64,000 nucleotides of DNA from Aquincola sp. (GCA_022841885.1 JALHQP010000005.1:41178-105177); one strand, 5' to 3'; positions 47,380 through 58,184 are shown, counted from the first letter of the stretch. Program-made: numbers and translations. The notes: generated by a model from the sequence alone, not told the origin.

Positions 47380-49395
47380 ATGCTTCGAGACCCTGCCGCG
47401 ATGGACACCCTCGTGCCCCAGCCCACGCTCGCCGGCCAGCTCGATGCGCTGGCCGGGTGGCGGCGTGCACTCGAGCGTCAGTCGGCGGACCTGCTGCGCT
47501 TCATGCAGGAGCACGATGTGGCGGACGAGGCCTGCGAGCGCCAGATCGAGGCGCTGCGCGAGCGCCTGGACACGGATCGCCTTTGCGTGGCCTTCGTCGC
47601 CGAGTTCTCGCGCGGCAAGTCCGAACTGATCAACGCGATCTTCTTCGCCGACACCGGCCGGCGCATCCTGCCCGCCACGCCGGGCCGCACCACGATGTGC
47701 CCGGTCGAACTGGGCCACGACCCGGCCACACCGCCGGTGCTGGCGCTGCTGCCGATCGACACCCGGCTCGAAGCCCAGTCGCTGAACGACCTGCGTGGCA
47801 AGGCCGATGCCTGGACGCGCATCCGGCTCGACCCGAGTTCACCCGACCGCCTGGCCGACGCGCTGACCGAGGTGATGCGCACCAAGGCGGTCACGGTCGA
47901 CGTGGCGCGCTCGCTCGGCTTCTGGGACGACAAGCAGCCCGAGGACAACCCACCCCAGATCGCCGAAGGCCTGGTCGAGGTGCCGGCCTGGCGCCATGCG
48001 GCGATCAACTACCCGCATCCGCTGCTCAAGCGCGGGCTGGTGATCCTGGACACGCCGGGCCTGAACGCGATCGGCGCCGAGCCCGAGCTGACGCTGTCGC
48101 TGCTGCCCGCCGCGCATGCGGTGGTCTTCATCCTCGGCGCCGACACCGGCGTCACGAAGTCGGACCTGGCGGTCTGGCGCGACCACCTCGGCGGCCAGTC
48201 GATGGTGCGCTTCGTGGTGCTGAACAAGATCGACACGCTCGCCGACCCGCTGCTGACGGCGGAGACGATCGAAGCGCAGATCCAGCAGCAGGTGCAAAGC
48301 ACTGCGACCACGCTGGAGATCGAGCCCGCACGCGTGTTCCCGCTGTCGGCCCGGCTCGGCCTGGCTGGGCGCATCGAGGGCGATGCCAGCCAGCTCACGG
48401 CCAGCCGGCTGCCCGAACTCGAGGACGCGCTCGCGACCCAGCTGCTGCCGCGCCGGCGCGAAGTGATCCAGGCCCTGGTCAGCGACACCGCGCAGGCGGT
48501 CGAGCAGCAGGCTACGCGTCGCCTGTCGGACCAGCGGCGCCAGATCGCCGAGCAGATGCTCGAACTGCGCGGCCTGCGCGGCAAGAGCAGCGGCAAGGTC
48601 AGCCTGATGCTCGAGCGCGTGGACGCCGAGTCGCGCGAGTTCGAGCGCTGCACCGAACGTCTGATGGCGCTGCGCGCGGTTCACACCAAGATGCTGCGCG
48701 ACCAGCTGCTCGGCCTGGCCAGCGATGCGCTGCGCGACGAGGTCGCGCAGATGCAGGACGAGGCCAGCGCCACGCTGTTCAACCTGGGCGCACGCAAGGC
48801 CTTCCTGGCGCTGTGCAACCGCCTGCGCATTCGGATCACCAAGGCGCGCGAGCGCGGCCAGGAAATCCACGACATGCTGCAGGCCAGCTTCCGGCAGCTC
48901 AACGCCGACTACGGTTTTGCGCTCAGCCTGTCGCGCCTGCCGTCGCTGGAGCGCACCGACCGAGAACTCGACCTGATCGAGCGCAGCTACGTGCAGTACC
49001 TCGGCCTGTCGCACGCGCTGCGCCTGGCCGAGCCGCGCTTCATGGAGCAGTTCCGGCGCATGCTGCTGTCCAAGCTGCGCATGGCGTTCGAGAACGCCAG
49101 CGGCGACATCGAGCTGTGGCACAAGTCGGCCAGCAACCAGGTCGACTCGCAGCTGCGCGAGCGCCGGCGCGCCTTCAAGCGCCGCCGCGAGGGTCTGGAG
49201 CGCATCCAGGGAGCGGCCGGCGAGCTCGACTCGCGCATCGCCGACCTCGAGGGCCAGGACCAGCGCCTGCAGCAGCTGGCTGCGCGCGTGCGCGAACAGC
49301 TGGCCGAACTGCGCCAGGCGGCGCAGGGTGACGGCAGCGACGCCGTCGACATACCCATCCCTGCCCACCTCGGATCGCGCAGCGCGACGGGCTGA
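47380..49395 (+). CDS. Bacterial dynamin-like GTPase family protein
   Basis: 671 aa. G1 AEFSRGKSELINAIF, G2 region PGRTTMCP, G3 ILDTPGLNA, G4 VLNKID. Long predicted helical C-terminal half. The alternative ATG at 47401 is not excluded. Confidence 0.85.
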   Translation: MLRDPAAMDTLVPQPTLAGQLDALAGWRRALERQSADLLRFMQEHDVADEACERQIEALRERLDTDRLCVAFVAEFSRGKSELINAIFFADTGRRILPATPGRTTMCPVELGHDPATPPVLALLPIDTRLEAQSLNDLRGKADAWTRIRLDPSSPDRLADALTEVMRTKAVTVDVARSLGFWDDKQPEDNPPQIAEGLVEVPAWRHAAINYPHPLLKRGLVILDTPGLNAIGAEPELTLSLLPAAHAVVFILGADTGVTKSDLAVWRDHLGGQSMVRFVVLNKIDTLADPLLTAETIEAQIQQQVQSTATTLEIEPARVFPLSARLGLAGRIEGDASQLTASRLPELEDALATQLLPRRREVIQALVSDTAQAVEQQATRRLSDQRRQIAEQMLELRGLRGKSSGKVSLMLERVDAESREFERCTERLMALRAVHTKMLRDQLLGLASDALRDEVAQMQDEASATLFNLGARKAFLALCNRLRIRITKARERGQEIHDMLQASFRQLNADYGFALSLSRLPSLERTDRELDLIERSYVQYLGLSHALRLAEPRFMEQFRRMLLSKLRMAFENASGDIELWHKSASNQVDSQLRERRRAFKRRREGLERIQGAAGELDSRIADLEGQDQRLQQLAARVREQLAELRQAAQGDGSDAVDIPIPAHLGSRSATG

Positions 49396-50459
49396 TGCCA
49401 GGTGCTGGCGTGCCGCGCGAGCCGATCGCCGCGCCGGTGATCGCATGGCAGCGCCGCCACGGCCGCCACGACCTGCCCTGGCAGGGCACCCGTGACCCGT
49501 ACCGGCTCTGGCTGTCCGAGGTGATGCTGCAGCAGACGCAGGTGGCGACGGTGCTGGCCTACTACCCGCGCTTCCTCGAGCGCTTTGCCGATGTGCGTGC
49601 GCTGGCTGCAGCGCCGCTGGACGACGTGCTCGCGCTGTGGAGCGGGCTGGGTTACTACAGCCGAGCCCGGAACCTGCACCGCTGCGCGCAGGCGGTGGTG
49701 GCCGAGCACGGTGGCGTGTTCCCGCGCAACGCCCAGGCGCTGGCTGCGCTGCCGGGCATCGGGCGCTCGACCGCGGCCGCGATCGCCGCCTTCGCCTACG
49801 GCGAGCGCGCCGCCATCCTCGACGGCAACGTCAAGCGCGTGCTGACGCGTGTGCTTGGCTTCGGCGAGGACCTCGCGCTGCCTGCGCACGAGCGCGCGCT
49901 ATGGCAACACGCGCAGGCCCTGCTGCCGCAGCGTGGCATCGAGGCCTATACACAGGGGCTGATGGATCTTGGCGCCACCTTGTGCAGCGCGCGCGCGCCG
50001 GCGTGTGAGCGCTGCCCGCTCGACGCGGCTTGCGTCGCGCGGCTTGAAGGACACCCCGAGCGCTACCCGGTCAAGACGCGTCGCACCCAGCGCGGCTCGC
50101 GCCACAACGCGCTGCTGTGGCTGTCCCACGCGGACCGGGTGTGGCTGACGCAGCGTCCGCCCGTGGGCGTGTGGGCGGGGCTGTGGACCTTGCCGCTGTT
50201 CGACTCGGCTCCAGCGCTGCAGGCACTGATCGGGCCGTGGCCCGGCAAGAGCGACGGACTGCCGCCGATCGACCACGCGCTGACGCACTTCGACTGGCGT
50301 CTGGAACCCTGGCGTCACCAACTGCCGGCGCGCCTGTCCGCGGTCGAACGCCGCGGGATCGAAGCGGCATTGCCGGCCGGGCGCTGGTTCACGCTGGCAG
50401 AGGCGCTTGCGCTGGGTCTGCCGGCCCCGATCCGCAAGCTGCTGCAAGCCGCCTACTGA
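49395..50459 (+). CDS. mutY: A/G-specific adenine DNA glycosylase
   Basis: ATG shares one base with the dynamin gene TGA. LPWQGTRDPYRLWLSEVMLQQTQVATV, GLGYYSRARNL, Fe-S cluster C-x6-C-x2-C-x5-C (CSARAPACERCPLDAAC), NUDIX-like C-terminus. Confidence 0.9.
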   Translation: MPGAGVPREPIAAPVIAWQRRHGRHDLPWQGTRDPYRLWLSEVMLQQTQVATVLAYYPRFLERFADVRALAAAPLDDVLALWSGLGYYSRARNLHRCAQAVVAEHGGVFPRNAQALAALPGIGRSTAAAIAAFAYGERAAILDGNVKRVLTRVLGFGEDLALPAHERALWQHAQALLPQRGIEAYTQGLMDLGATLCSARAPACERCPLDAACVARLEGHPERYPVKTRRTQRGSRHNALLWLSHADRVWLTQRPPVGVWAGLWTLPLFDSAPALQALIGPWPGKSDGLPPIDHALTHFDWRLEPWRHQLPARLSAVERRGIEAALPAGRWFTLAEALALGLPAPIRKLLQAAY

Positions 50460-51064
50460 ACGACGCCCTTGCCCTTGAGGTACTCGTGCACCAGGCGCAG
50501 CCGCGCCTGCGGGTCGGGCAGCATCATCAGTTTCTGGCGTGCAGCCAGTGGCACCGGCAGGATCTCGCACCAGCGGTTGGCCACCCAGCCGGCGTCGTCG
50601 AGCGAGAAGGGTTCGGCGAAGGGCGACTTGCCCTGTTGCTCGCGCAACGACGCGATCACCTGCTGCAAGGCCTGCACGGTGGCGAAGTACGCGGGTTCGG
50701 GGCTGACCGTCTCGTCGGCGGGCAGCAAGTCCACCTCGGCCATCCACAGCCCATCGGGCTGCTGGCGCGGCGCGCCGGCGATCTCGAAACGTTCGGCGCC
50801 GTGGCAGCGCACGCGCAACAGGTTGGCGCCCTCGCCGTCGACCTCGTCGATGTGCGCGAGCACGCCTTCGGACTCGAAACTCACCTTGTTGCGCCCGACC
50901 TCGTGCCCGGCGGCGAGGCAGACCACGCCGAAAGGCTCGTTCTCGCGCAAGCAGCGGCTGACGAGGTCGAGGTAGCGCGGCTCGAACACCTTCAGCTGCA
51001 GCAGCGCACCGGGGAAGAGCACGCTCTTGAGCGGGAACAGCGCGATGGTCTGCGGTGGACTCAT
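50453..51064 (-). CDS. LON substrate-binding (N-terminal) domain protein
   Basis: 203 aa. [29 protein letters not shown] is typical of the Lon N-domain. ATGA overlap with the rapZ stop. Confidence 0.8.
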   Translation of the reverse strand: MSPPQTIALFPLKSVLFPGALLQLKVFEPRYLDLVSRCLRENEPFGVVCLAAGHEVGRNKVSFESEGVLAHIDEVDGEGANLLRVRCHGAERFEIAGAPRQQPDGLWMAEVDLLPADETVSPEPAYFATVQALQQVIASLREQQGKSPFAEPFSLDDAGWVANRWCEILPVPLAARQKLMMLPDPQARLRLVHEYLKGKGVVQ

Positions 51065-51948
51065 GCCAATGCGTCCTGTTCCCGGTGCCGCACCAGGGTG
51101 GCTGCGCGCGCGGCGAAGCGCTGCGCCAGCTGCTCGGCGGCATAGACCGAGCGGTGCTGTCCGCCGGTGCAGCCCAGCGCCACGGTCAGGTAGGCACGCT
51201 GGCCGTCGTTGAAGGCGTCGAGCCAGCGCCCGATGAAGCCCTCGATCTGCGCCAGCATCTCGCCGACCTCGGGCTGGGCTTTCAGGTAGTCGGCCACCGG
51301 CGCGTCGCGTCCCGTCAGCGGCCGCAGCTCGCGGATGTAGTGGGGATTCGGCAGCACGCGCAAGTCAAATACGAAGTCGGCGTCCAGCGGCACGCCGAAC
51401 TTGAAGGCGAAGGACTCGAACACCAGCGTCAGCGTCGCGCCCTTGCTGCCGACCGCGGCGCGCAGCCAGCGCGCCAGCTGGGCCGGGCGCAGCTGGCTGG
51501 TGTCGATGACCGTCGACAGGTCGCGCAGGCCGGCGAGCAGCTGACGTTCGAGCTCGATCGCGTCGACCAGCGCGCGCGGCGACGCGCTGGCCGGGTCGGC
51601 CGACAGCGGGTGCGGGCGCCGCGTTTCCGAGTAACGGCGCAGCAGCGCGTCGGTGCTGGCGTCGAGGAAGTAGGAGCGCACGGCGACGCCTTCCTGGCGC
51701 AGCTGGCCGATCAGCGGCAGCAGATGCGGCAGCGAGCCGGCACTGCGCACGTCCACCGCGATCGCGACCTGGCGCGCTTGGCCGTTGCGCGCGCGTTCGA
51801 CCGCGATGAAGTCGCGCAGCAGTTCGGGCGGCAGGTTGTCGACGCAGAAGTAGCCCGCGTCCTCGAGCGCGTGCAGCGCCACCGACTTGCCCGAGCCGGA
51901 GATGCCCGTGACCAGCACGAGCGCCGGGGCCGGGGCGGAGGCGTTCAC
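51061..51948 (-). CDS. rapZ: RNase adapter protein RapZ (YhbJ)
   Basis: GTG at 51948 overlaps the recN stop (GTGA). [31 protein letters not shown] matches the RapZ N-terminus. C-terminal [10 protein letters not shown]. Confidence 0.9.
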   Translation of the reverse strand: MNASAPAPALVLVTGISGSGKSVALHALEDAGYFCVDNLPPELLRDFIAVERARNGQARQVAIAVDVRSAGSLPHLLPLIGQLRQEGVAVRSYFLDASTDALLRRYSETRRPHPLSADPASASPRALVDAIELERQLLAGLRDLSTVIDTSQLRPAQLARWLRAAVGSKGATLTLVFESFAFKFGVPLDADFVFDLRVLPNPHYIRELRPLTGRDAPVADYLKAQPEVGEMLAQIEGFIGRWLDAFNDGQRAYLTVALGCTGGQHRSVYAAEQLAQRFAARAATLVRHREQDALA

Positions 51949-53645
51949 TTCGCGGTGCGCCTTTCCTTGCCCCGCGGAGCCGGCGCGGCCGGCGTCGCTG
52001 CCGAGCCGAGCAGCTGCTGGGCATGCGCGATCGAGGTCGCCAGGCGCTCGCCGCCGAGCATGCGCGCCACTTCGGCGACGCGGGTCTCGCCGAGCACCGG
52101 CCGCACGTCGGACAGTGCGCGCGCGCCCTGGGCCTGCTTGCTGACGACGAAGTGATGGTCGCCGCAGGCGGCCACCTGGGCCAGGTGGGTCACCGCGAGC
52201 ACTTGGCGGTCGCTGCCGAGCTGCTTCATCAGCCGGCCCACCGTGTCGGCCACGGCGCCGCCGATGCCGGCGTCGATCTCGTCGAAGATCAGCGTGCCGG
52301 CGCTGCCTTCGCTGCTGCGCGCGGTCGTCACCGCGATCGCGAGCGCCAGGCGCGACAGCTCGCCGCCGGAGGCCACCCTGGCCAGCGCGCGCGGCGTGCT
52401 GCCGGCATGGCCCGCGACGCGCAGCTCGACCGATTCGAGGCCGAAGGACTGCGGCTCGTCCTGCGCCACGAGGGCCACTTCGAAGCGGCCGCCGGCCATG
52501 CCGAGCTGCTGCATCGCCTGGGTCACCGCCTCGCCGAGTTTGGGCGCCGCCGCCTTGCGCACGCGGCTGACCCGCTGCGCCTCCGAGCGCCAGGCGCGCT
52601 CGGCGTCGGCCACGCTGCGCTCGAGTGCCGCGGTGTCGGCTGAGGCTTCGAGCGCCGCGAGCTCGGTGCGCCACAACGCGAGCAGCGCGGCCAGCTCTTC
52701 GGGCGGGCGGCGGAAGCGCCGCGCCAGGCCGATCCAGGCCGACAGGCGGGCGTCGAGCTCGGCCAGGCGCTCGGGGTCGAGGTCGGTGTGCTGCAGGTAG
52801 CCCGACAGCGAATGCGCGGCGTCGGCCAGCTGGGCCTGGGCGCCTTGCAGCACCTCGGCGATCGGCGCCAGACGCGAGTCGATGCGTGCGCCATCGGCCA
52901 GACCATCGGCCGCCCGCTGAGCGAGCGCGGACGCGTTGACCTCGGCGTCGGCCACCGCATCGAGTGCGGTGCGCGCGGCGTCGATCAGCGCCTGGGCGTG
53001 CGCCAGGCGTTGGTGTTCGGCGTTGAGTTCATCCCACTCACCGTCGACTGGCGCCAGGCGTTCGACCTCGCCGACCTGCCAGGCCAGGCGCTCGCGCTCG
53101 CGCGCGATCTCGGCGCTCGCATGCAAGGCGCGGTCGAGCGCGGCGACACCGGCCTTCCATTGCGCCCACAGCGCCGCGAGCGGCTCGATGTCGATGCCCG
53201 CCTCGCCGTCGAGCAGCGCGCGCACCGCGGCCGGGCGCGTCAGGCTCTGCCAGGCATGCTGGCCGTGGATGTCCACCAGCGCGTCGGCGGCTTCGCGCAA
53301 CTGCGTCACGGTGGCCGGGCTGCCGTTGATCCACGCGCGGCTCTTGCCTTGCGCGTCGATGGTGCGGCGCAGCAGCAGGGCGTCGGCCTGGGCGTCGAAG
53401 CCGGCTTCGTCGAGCCAGGGCACGAGCGAAGCGGGTCGGTCGAACTCGGCCGCGATCTCGGCGCGCGTCGCACCTTCACGCACCACCAGCGCATCGCCAC
53501 GGCTACCGAGCGCGAGCTGCAGCGCATCGATCAGGATCGACTTGCCCGCCCCCGTCTCGCCCGTGAGCACCGAGAAACCGGATCCGAACTCGACCTCGAG
53601 CGCGTCGACGATGACGAAGTCGCGCAGGGACAGACGCCGGAGCAT
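51945..53645 (-). CDS. recN: DNA repair protein RecN
   Basis: Starts [45 protein letters not shown]-like coiled coil. C-terminal [13 protein letters not shown] and [12 protein letters not shown]. Confidence 0.95.
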   Translation of the reverse strand: MLRRLSLRDFVIVDALEVEFGSGFSVLTGETGAGKSILIDALQLALGSRGDALVVREGATRAEIAAEFDRPASLVPWLDEAGFDAQADALLLRRTIDAQGKSRAWINGSPATVTQLREAADALVDIHGQHAWQSLTRPAAVRALLDGEAGIDIEPLAALWAQWKAGVAALDRALHASAEIARERERLAWQVGEVERLAPVDGEWDELNAEHQRLAHAQALIDAARTALDAVADAEVNASALAQRAADGLADGARIDSRLAPIAEVLQGAQAQLADAAHSLSGYLQHTDLDPERLAELDARLSAWIGLARRFRRPPEELAALLALWRTELAALEASADTAALERSVADAERAWRSEAQRVSRVRKAAAPKLGEAVTQAMQQLGMAGGRFEVALVAQDEPQSFGLESVELRVAGHAGSTPRALARVASGGELSRLALAIAVTTARSSEGSAGTLIFDEIDAGIGGAVADTVGRLMKQLGSDRQVLAVTHLAQVAACGDHHFVVSKQAQGARALSDVRPVLGETRVAEVARMLGGERLATSIAHAQQLLGSAATPAAPAPRGKERRTAK

Positions 53646-54535
53646 CAGACCACACCCTCGTACCAGCGCAGCTTGCGCCGCAGTGTCGCGTAGTAACTCC
53701 AGCCCTTGGGGTGCAGGAAGCGCACCTTTTGCGCCGAGCGCTTCATGTGCACCTGGTCGCCGTGCAACAGGCTCTCGAGGCGCTGCATGTCGAAGTTGGC
53801 CGACGCGTCGCGGCCGGCCACCACGGTGATGTGGATCTCCACGTCGTCGGGCAGCACGATCGGGCGGTTGGACAAGGTGTGCGACGCGATGGGCACCAGC
53901 ACCCAGCCGCCGATGCCCGGGTGCAGGATCGGCCCGCCAGCCGACAGCGCGTAGGCGGTCGAGCCGGTCGGCGAGGCGACGATCAGGCCGTCGGCACGCA
54001 TGTTGGCGACGAACTCCTCGCCGATGTCCACCCGCAGCTCCACCATGCCGGCGGTGGCGCCGCGGCTGACCACCACGTCGTTCATCGACAGTCCCGAGAA
54101 GATGCACTGTCCGTCGCGCCACACGCTGGCGTCGAGCATCGCGCGGTGCTCCTCCTCGAACTCGCCGCGCATCATCGGCCCGAGCGCCTCGCGGAAGCGG
54201 TCGACCGGGATGTCGGTGATGAAACCCAGCCGCCCCTGGTTGATGCCCACCAGCGGCGTGTCGTGGCGGGCCAGCTCGCGCGCGATGCCCAGCATGGTGC
54301 CGTCGCCGCCGACCACCACGGCGACGTCGCACTGCCGGCCGAGCTGGGTGGTGTCGACCACGTCGTAGCGATCCAGCCCGGTGGCCTGCGCGGTGGCAAG
54401 CTCCAGCGACACGTCCAGGCCTTCAGCCACCAGGAACTGCGCCACCTCGTCGAGCAACTCGCGCATGCCCTGGGCCTGCGGCTTGCCGACCACGGCGGCG
54501 TGACGGAAGCGTGGGGTCGGACGCTTGGGGGCCAT
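53645..54535 (-). CDS. nadK: NAD kinase
   Basis: Start at [26 protein letters not shown] motif, NQGRLGFIT. The stop shares one base with the recN ATG. Confidence 0.9.
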   Translation of the reverse strand: MAPKRPTPRFRHAAVVGKPQAQGMRELLDEVAQFLVAEGLDVSLELATAQATGLDRYDVVDTTQLGRQCDVAVVVGGDGTMLGIARELARHDTPLVGINQGRLGFITDIPVDRFREALGPMMRGEFEEEHRAMLDASVWRDGQCIFSGLSMNDVVVSRGATAGMVELRVDIGEEFVANMRADGLIVASPTGSTAYALSAGGPILHPGIGGWVLVPIASHTLSNRPIVLPDDVEIHITVVAGRDASANFDMQRLESLLHGDQVHMKRSAQKVRFLHPKGWSYYATLRRKLRWYEGVV

Positions 54536-54589
54536 GCGCGGGATGATAGGGCCGCCGCTTGACGCCCCTGCGCGGTAAATTGCATACCC

Positions 54590-55612
54590 ATGGACGATCG
54601 CGCCAAAGCCCTGCTGAAAACCCTGGTCGAGCTGTACATCGCCGAAGGCACGCCGGTGGGTTCGCGCACGCTGTCGCGCGCCTCTGGGCTGGAGCTGTCG
54701 CCGGCGACCATCCGCAACGTGATGGCCGACCTCGAGGAGATGGGCCTGATCGTCAGCCCGCACACCAGCGCCGGTCGCGTGCCGACGGCGCGCGGCTACC
54801 GCGTGTTCGTCGACACCATGCTGACGGCACGCCCGCTGGACGCGCTGCAGGCCGAGGTGTCGCCCGCCGCGCGCGAGCAGCTGCAGGGCGCGCAGCCCGG
54901 CCGCGTGATCACGCATGCGGCGCAGATGCTGTCCAACCTGTCGAACTTCGTCGGCGTGGTCACCGCGCCGCGCAAGGCCAGCGTGTTCCACCACATCGAA
55001 TTCATGCGCCTGGGCGAGCGGCGCGTGCTGCTGATCCTGGTGGCGCCCGACGGCGACGTGCAGAACCGGGTGATCGTCACGGCGCGCGACCACTCCCAGG
55101 CCGAGCTGGTCGAAGCCGCCAACTTCCTGAATACGCACTACGCGGGCCTGACGATCGACGCCGTGCGCGAGCGCCTGCAGCAGGAGGTGGAGACGCTGCG
55201 CAGCGAGATCGCCGAGCTGATGCGCTCGGCCGTGCAGGCCGGCAGCGAGGCGATGGCCGAGAGCGACCCGGTGGTCGTCAGCGGCGAACGCAACCTGCTC
55301 GCGGTGCAGGACTTCGGCCACGACCTGGGCTCGCTGCGCAAGCTGTTCGACCTGTTCGAGCAGAAGACCCAGCTGATGCGCCTGCTCGACGTGTCCAGCC
55401 GCGCCGAGGGCGTGCGCATCTACATCGGCGGCGAGTCGGGCGTGGTGCCCTACGAGGCGCTGTCGATCGTCAGTGCACCCTACGAGGTGGACGGCCAGGT
55501 GGTCGGCACGCTGGGCGTGATCGGCCCGACACGCATGCCCTACGAACGCATGATCCAGATCGTCGACATCACGTCCAAGCTGGTTAGCAACGCGCTTTCT
55601 GCACCGCGCTAG
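54590..55612 (+). CDS. hrcA: Heat-inducible transcriptional repressor HrcA
   Basis: 340 aa starting [29 protein letters not shown]. Contains [18 protein letters not shown]. Confidence 0.95.
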   Translation: MDDRAKALLKTLVELYIAEGTPVGSRTLSRASGLELSPATIRNVMADLEEMGLIVSPHTSAGRVPTARGYRVFVDTMLTARPLDALQAEVSPAAREQLQGAQPGRVITHAAQMLSNLSNFVGVVTAPRKASVFHHIEFMRLGERRVLLILVAPDGDVQNRVIVTARDHSQAELVEAANFLNTHYAGLTIDAVRERLQQEVETLRSEIAELMRSAVQAGSEAMAESDPVVVSGERNLLAVQDFGHDLGSLRKLFDLFEQKTQLMRLLDVSSRAEGVRIYIGGESGVVPYEALSIVSAPYEVDGQVVGTLGVIGPTRMPYERMIQIVDITSKLVSNALSAPR

Positions 55613-55621
55613 GCGCGGCGG

Positions 55622-57520
55622 TCAGTTCGCCGAGCGCCCTGCGCCGAACTGATCGAGCCTCATGCGCCGCAACAGGGCGGCGTAGCGTGGTTGGTTGCGC
55701 AGCACGGCCCAGCGCCCGTCGTCTTTCATGTACACAAGTCGCGTGTCGCGCATCGCGTAGGCTCTTTCGAGCGCGTCGAGCGCTGGCCCGGTCTCGCCGA
55801 GCGCGGCATGCAGCGCGGCCAGCGAGGTCGGCGGCACGTAGCGTTCCTTGCCCATGGCGATCAGCCGCTGCAGGATGCGCCGCGTTTCTTCGGTATGACC
55901 TTGCTGTGCCAGCACCGCGCCCAGCAGCACGGTGGCCTGTGTGCTGCCGTCGGCCAGCGCGTCGGCGCGACGCAGCGAGGCGATGGCCGCGTCGGTGCGG
56001 CGGTCCGCTAGGTGCACCATGGCCTGGGTCAGGTGGGCCACCCAGAATTCGGCGTCGATCTCGAATGCGCGCGCCAGCCGCGCTTCGGCCTGGGCGCGGT
56101 GGCCCTGCGCCAGCTGGAAGCTTGCTTCGAGCGCATTGAGGATCAGCGACATCGGGTCGAGCTGGCGCGCGGTGCTCAGGTGGGCCAGGCCCTCGGCGGG
56201 ACGGTCGAGCGACAGCAGCAGCAGGCCGAGCCCGAAATGCGCCTCGACGGTGTTGGGGTTCAGAGAGATCGCGTGGCGCAACAGGCGCTCGGCGCCGCTC
56301 CAGTCGAAGTGATACCAGTAGCGGATCCAGCCCTGGCCGGCATGGGCCTCGGCCAGACCGGGCGCCAACGCCAGCGCGCGCTGTGCCGCCACCTCGGCCG
56401 GCGTGAACGCGTCGATGGGCGCGATGTCGGCGCCGAAGATCATGCGCCGGTAGGTCTCGACCAGTCCGGCATACGCCAGCGCATACCCCGGGTCGGCGTC
56501 GATCGCCTTCTGGAAGAGCTCGACGCTCCTGCGCAGGCCGGCTGCACGGATGCCCTGGGCGTGGTGGCGCGCCGCGAGGTAGAGCTGGTAGGCGTCCGGG
56601 TTGCGCGTGCCGCCAACCGCGGCACGGTCGGGCGGCACGGGCGCGGCGGCGACGAGCCACGGCGACAGTGCTGCGGCCACGCGAGCGGAGATCAGGTCCT
56701 GCACATCGAACACGCCGCCGGCGCTTTCGTCGAAGCTGCCGCTCCAGGCGGCCACGCCGTCCGTGGCCGACAACAGGCGTGCGGTGACCCGCCACTGAGC
56801 GCCGCGGCGCTGCAGCGAACCGTCGACGATCCAGTCCACGTCGAGGTCGTGTGCCGCGCGCAGCGGATCCTGGTCGGGCCCGGCAAAGCGGCGCACCGAG
56901 CCGACCGAGCGCACCACGAGGCCGGGCACGGTGGACAGGTGTGCGATCAGGCTGTCGGCCATGCCCAACTCGAGCAGTTCGTCGCGCCCCTCGGTCACCA
57001 GCGGCTTGAAGGGCAGCACGGCCAGCGTGGGACGTGCCGCGTTGGCACCGGGCGCGCCCGTGCGCTGCCGCCACCACCACCAGCCGGCGGGAACGGTCAG
57101 TCCCAGTGCGCCGATGGTTGCGCCCAGCAGCCGGCGCCGTCGTGGCGCGCGCGCCGGCGTATGGGGAGCCTCGTCGGCCGCAGTCTGCCCGTCCAGCGTC
57201 GTCACCGGCGCCACGAAGCGAAAGCCGCGGCGCGGCACCGTCTGGATGTAGCGGCTGACCTGGGCATCGTCGCCCAACGCACGACGCAGGCCGGCGATCA
57301 CCTGGCTCAGGTTGTTCTCCTCAACCACCAGGCCGGGCCAGAGTGCGGCGATCAGCGATTCCTTGTCGAGCAGCTCGTTCGGCCGCTCGACGAACAACAG
57401 CAAGGCATCGAACAGCTTGGGCGTCAGGGCCAGCGGCTCGCCCCCGCTGCGATGCCGTAGTGCGTGCTCCTTGAGATCGAGCACGTAATCACCGAACGCG
57501 TAGCGATCCGACGGTGTCAT
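55622..57520 (-). CDS. Membrane-spanning winged-helix (OmpR/CadC-type) regulator with periplasmic TolB-like and TPR regions
   Basis: N-terminal trans_reg_C domain (YAFGDYVLDLKEHALRHRSGGEPLALTPKLFDALLLFVERPNELLDKESLIAALW...IQTVPRRGFRFV). One TM (LLGATIGALGLTV). C-terminal TPR-like repeats. Confidence 0.8.
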   Translation of the reverse strand: MTPSDRYAFGDYVLDLKEHALRHRSGGEPLALTPKLFDALLLFVERPNELLDKESLIAALWPGLVVEENNLSQVIAGLRRALGDDAQVSRYIQTVPRRGFRFVAPVTTLDGQTAADEAPHTPARAPRRRRLLGATIGALGLTVPAGWWWWRQRTGAPGANAARPTLAVLPFKPLVTEGRDELLELGMADSLIAHLSTVPGLVVRSVGSVRRFAGPDQDPLRAAHDLDVDWIVDGSLQRRGAQWRVTARLLSATDGVAAWSGSFDESAGGVFDVQDLISARVAAALSPWLVAAAPVPPDRAAVGGTRNPDAYQLYLAARHHAQGIRAAGLRRSVELFQKAIDADPGYALAYAGLVETYRRMIFGADIAPIDAFTPAEVAAQRALALAPGLAEAHAGQGWIRYWYHFDWSGAERLLRHAISLNPNTVEAHFGLGLLLLSLDRPAEGLAHLSTARQLDPMSLILNALEASFQLAQGHRAQAEARLARAFEIDAEFWVAHLTQAMVHLADRRTDAAIASLRRADALADGSTQATVLLGAVLAQQGHTEETRRILQRLIAMGKERYVPPTSLAALHAALGETGPALDALERAYAMRDTRLVYMKDDGRWAVLRNQPRYAALLRRMRLDQFGAGRSAN

Positions 57521-57655
57521 GCGGCGCCAACTTCATGGGAATTCAGGGAAGTCTCAGCAGCGTTTCAAGACTTTCAGGCCGGCCGCGCCGATTGTGGCAG
57601 TGCCCAAGCGCGGTCGCGCATGGCATCCCCACATCCACCCTGGAGGCACTTCACC

Positions 57656-58153
57656 ATGAATCCGATCCGATCCCTGCAAACCCTGTCGCTCGTCTCCGTC
57701 ACCGCGGCGGCCACGCTGTTCCTCATGCAGGCCTGCGGTGGCGGCGCCTGGGCCGACGAGCACGCGGCAGACCCGATCGAAGGCGTCTGGGAGTCAGGCG
57801 TCACGATCACCGACTGCACCAGTGGCGCCGTGCTGCGCACCTTCAAGGGCGAGGGCCTGTTCCAGCGCGGCGGCGCGCTGACCGCCGACAACTCGCTGCC
57901 GCCAACCACCCGCAGCACTGCCTTCGGCCAGTGGCGCAAGCTGTCGGGTCAAAGCTACACGGCGAGCGCTCGCTTCTTGCGCTTCAACGCCGATGGCAGC
58001 CTGGCCGGTTCGCAGCGGGTGCAGCGGACCCTGACGCTGGCGGCAGACGGCAACACCTTGACCGGCACGATTACCGCCCAGGTGATCGACAACGCCGGTG
58101 TCGTCATCGCGCCGGTGTGCGGCACGGAAACCTCGACCCGGATCGTGTTCTGA
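57656..58153 (+). CDS. Small secreted hypothetical protein (possible lipoprotein)
   Basis: TGGAGG upstream. Signal peptide MNPIRSLQTLSLVSVTAAATLFLMQAC. 165 aa, beta-rich looking. I recognise no family. Confidence 0.55.
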   Translation: MNPIRSLQTLSLVSVTAAATLFLMQACGGGAWADEHAADPIEGVWESGVTITDCTSGAVLRTFKGEGLFQRGGALTADNSLPPTTRSTAFGQWRKLSGQSYTASARFLRFNADGSLAGSQRVQRTLTLAADGNTLTGTITAQVIDNAGVVIAPVCGTETSTRIVF

Positions 58154-58184
58154 CGGCTTTGTCGCGGGTGGGCCGCCGGCACCC

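Noticed and set aside
47380-49395. Dynamin-like gene as an Eleos/LeoA-type anti-phage system.
   Set aside because: Described dynamin-type defence loci have two or more partner genes. Here a single DLP is flanked by mutM and mutY, with no second dynamin-like or associated gene, so I do not call a defence system.
54536-54589. Looked for a CIRCE element (TTAGCACTC-N9-GAGTGCTAA) and a sigma-32-type promoter upstream of hrcA.
   Set aside because: No CIRCE-like inverted repeat is present. TTGACG at 54559-54564 is only 11 nt from the TAAATT box, so it cannot pair with it as a standard sigma-70 promoter.
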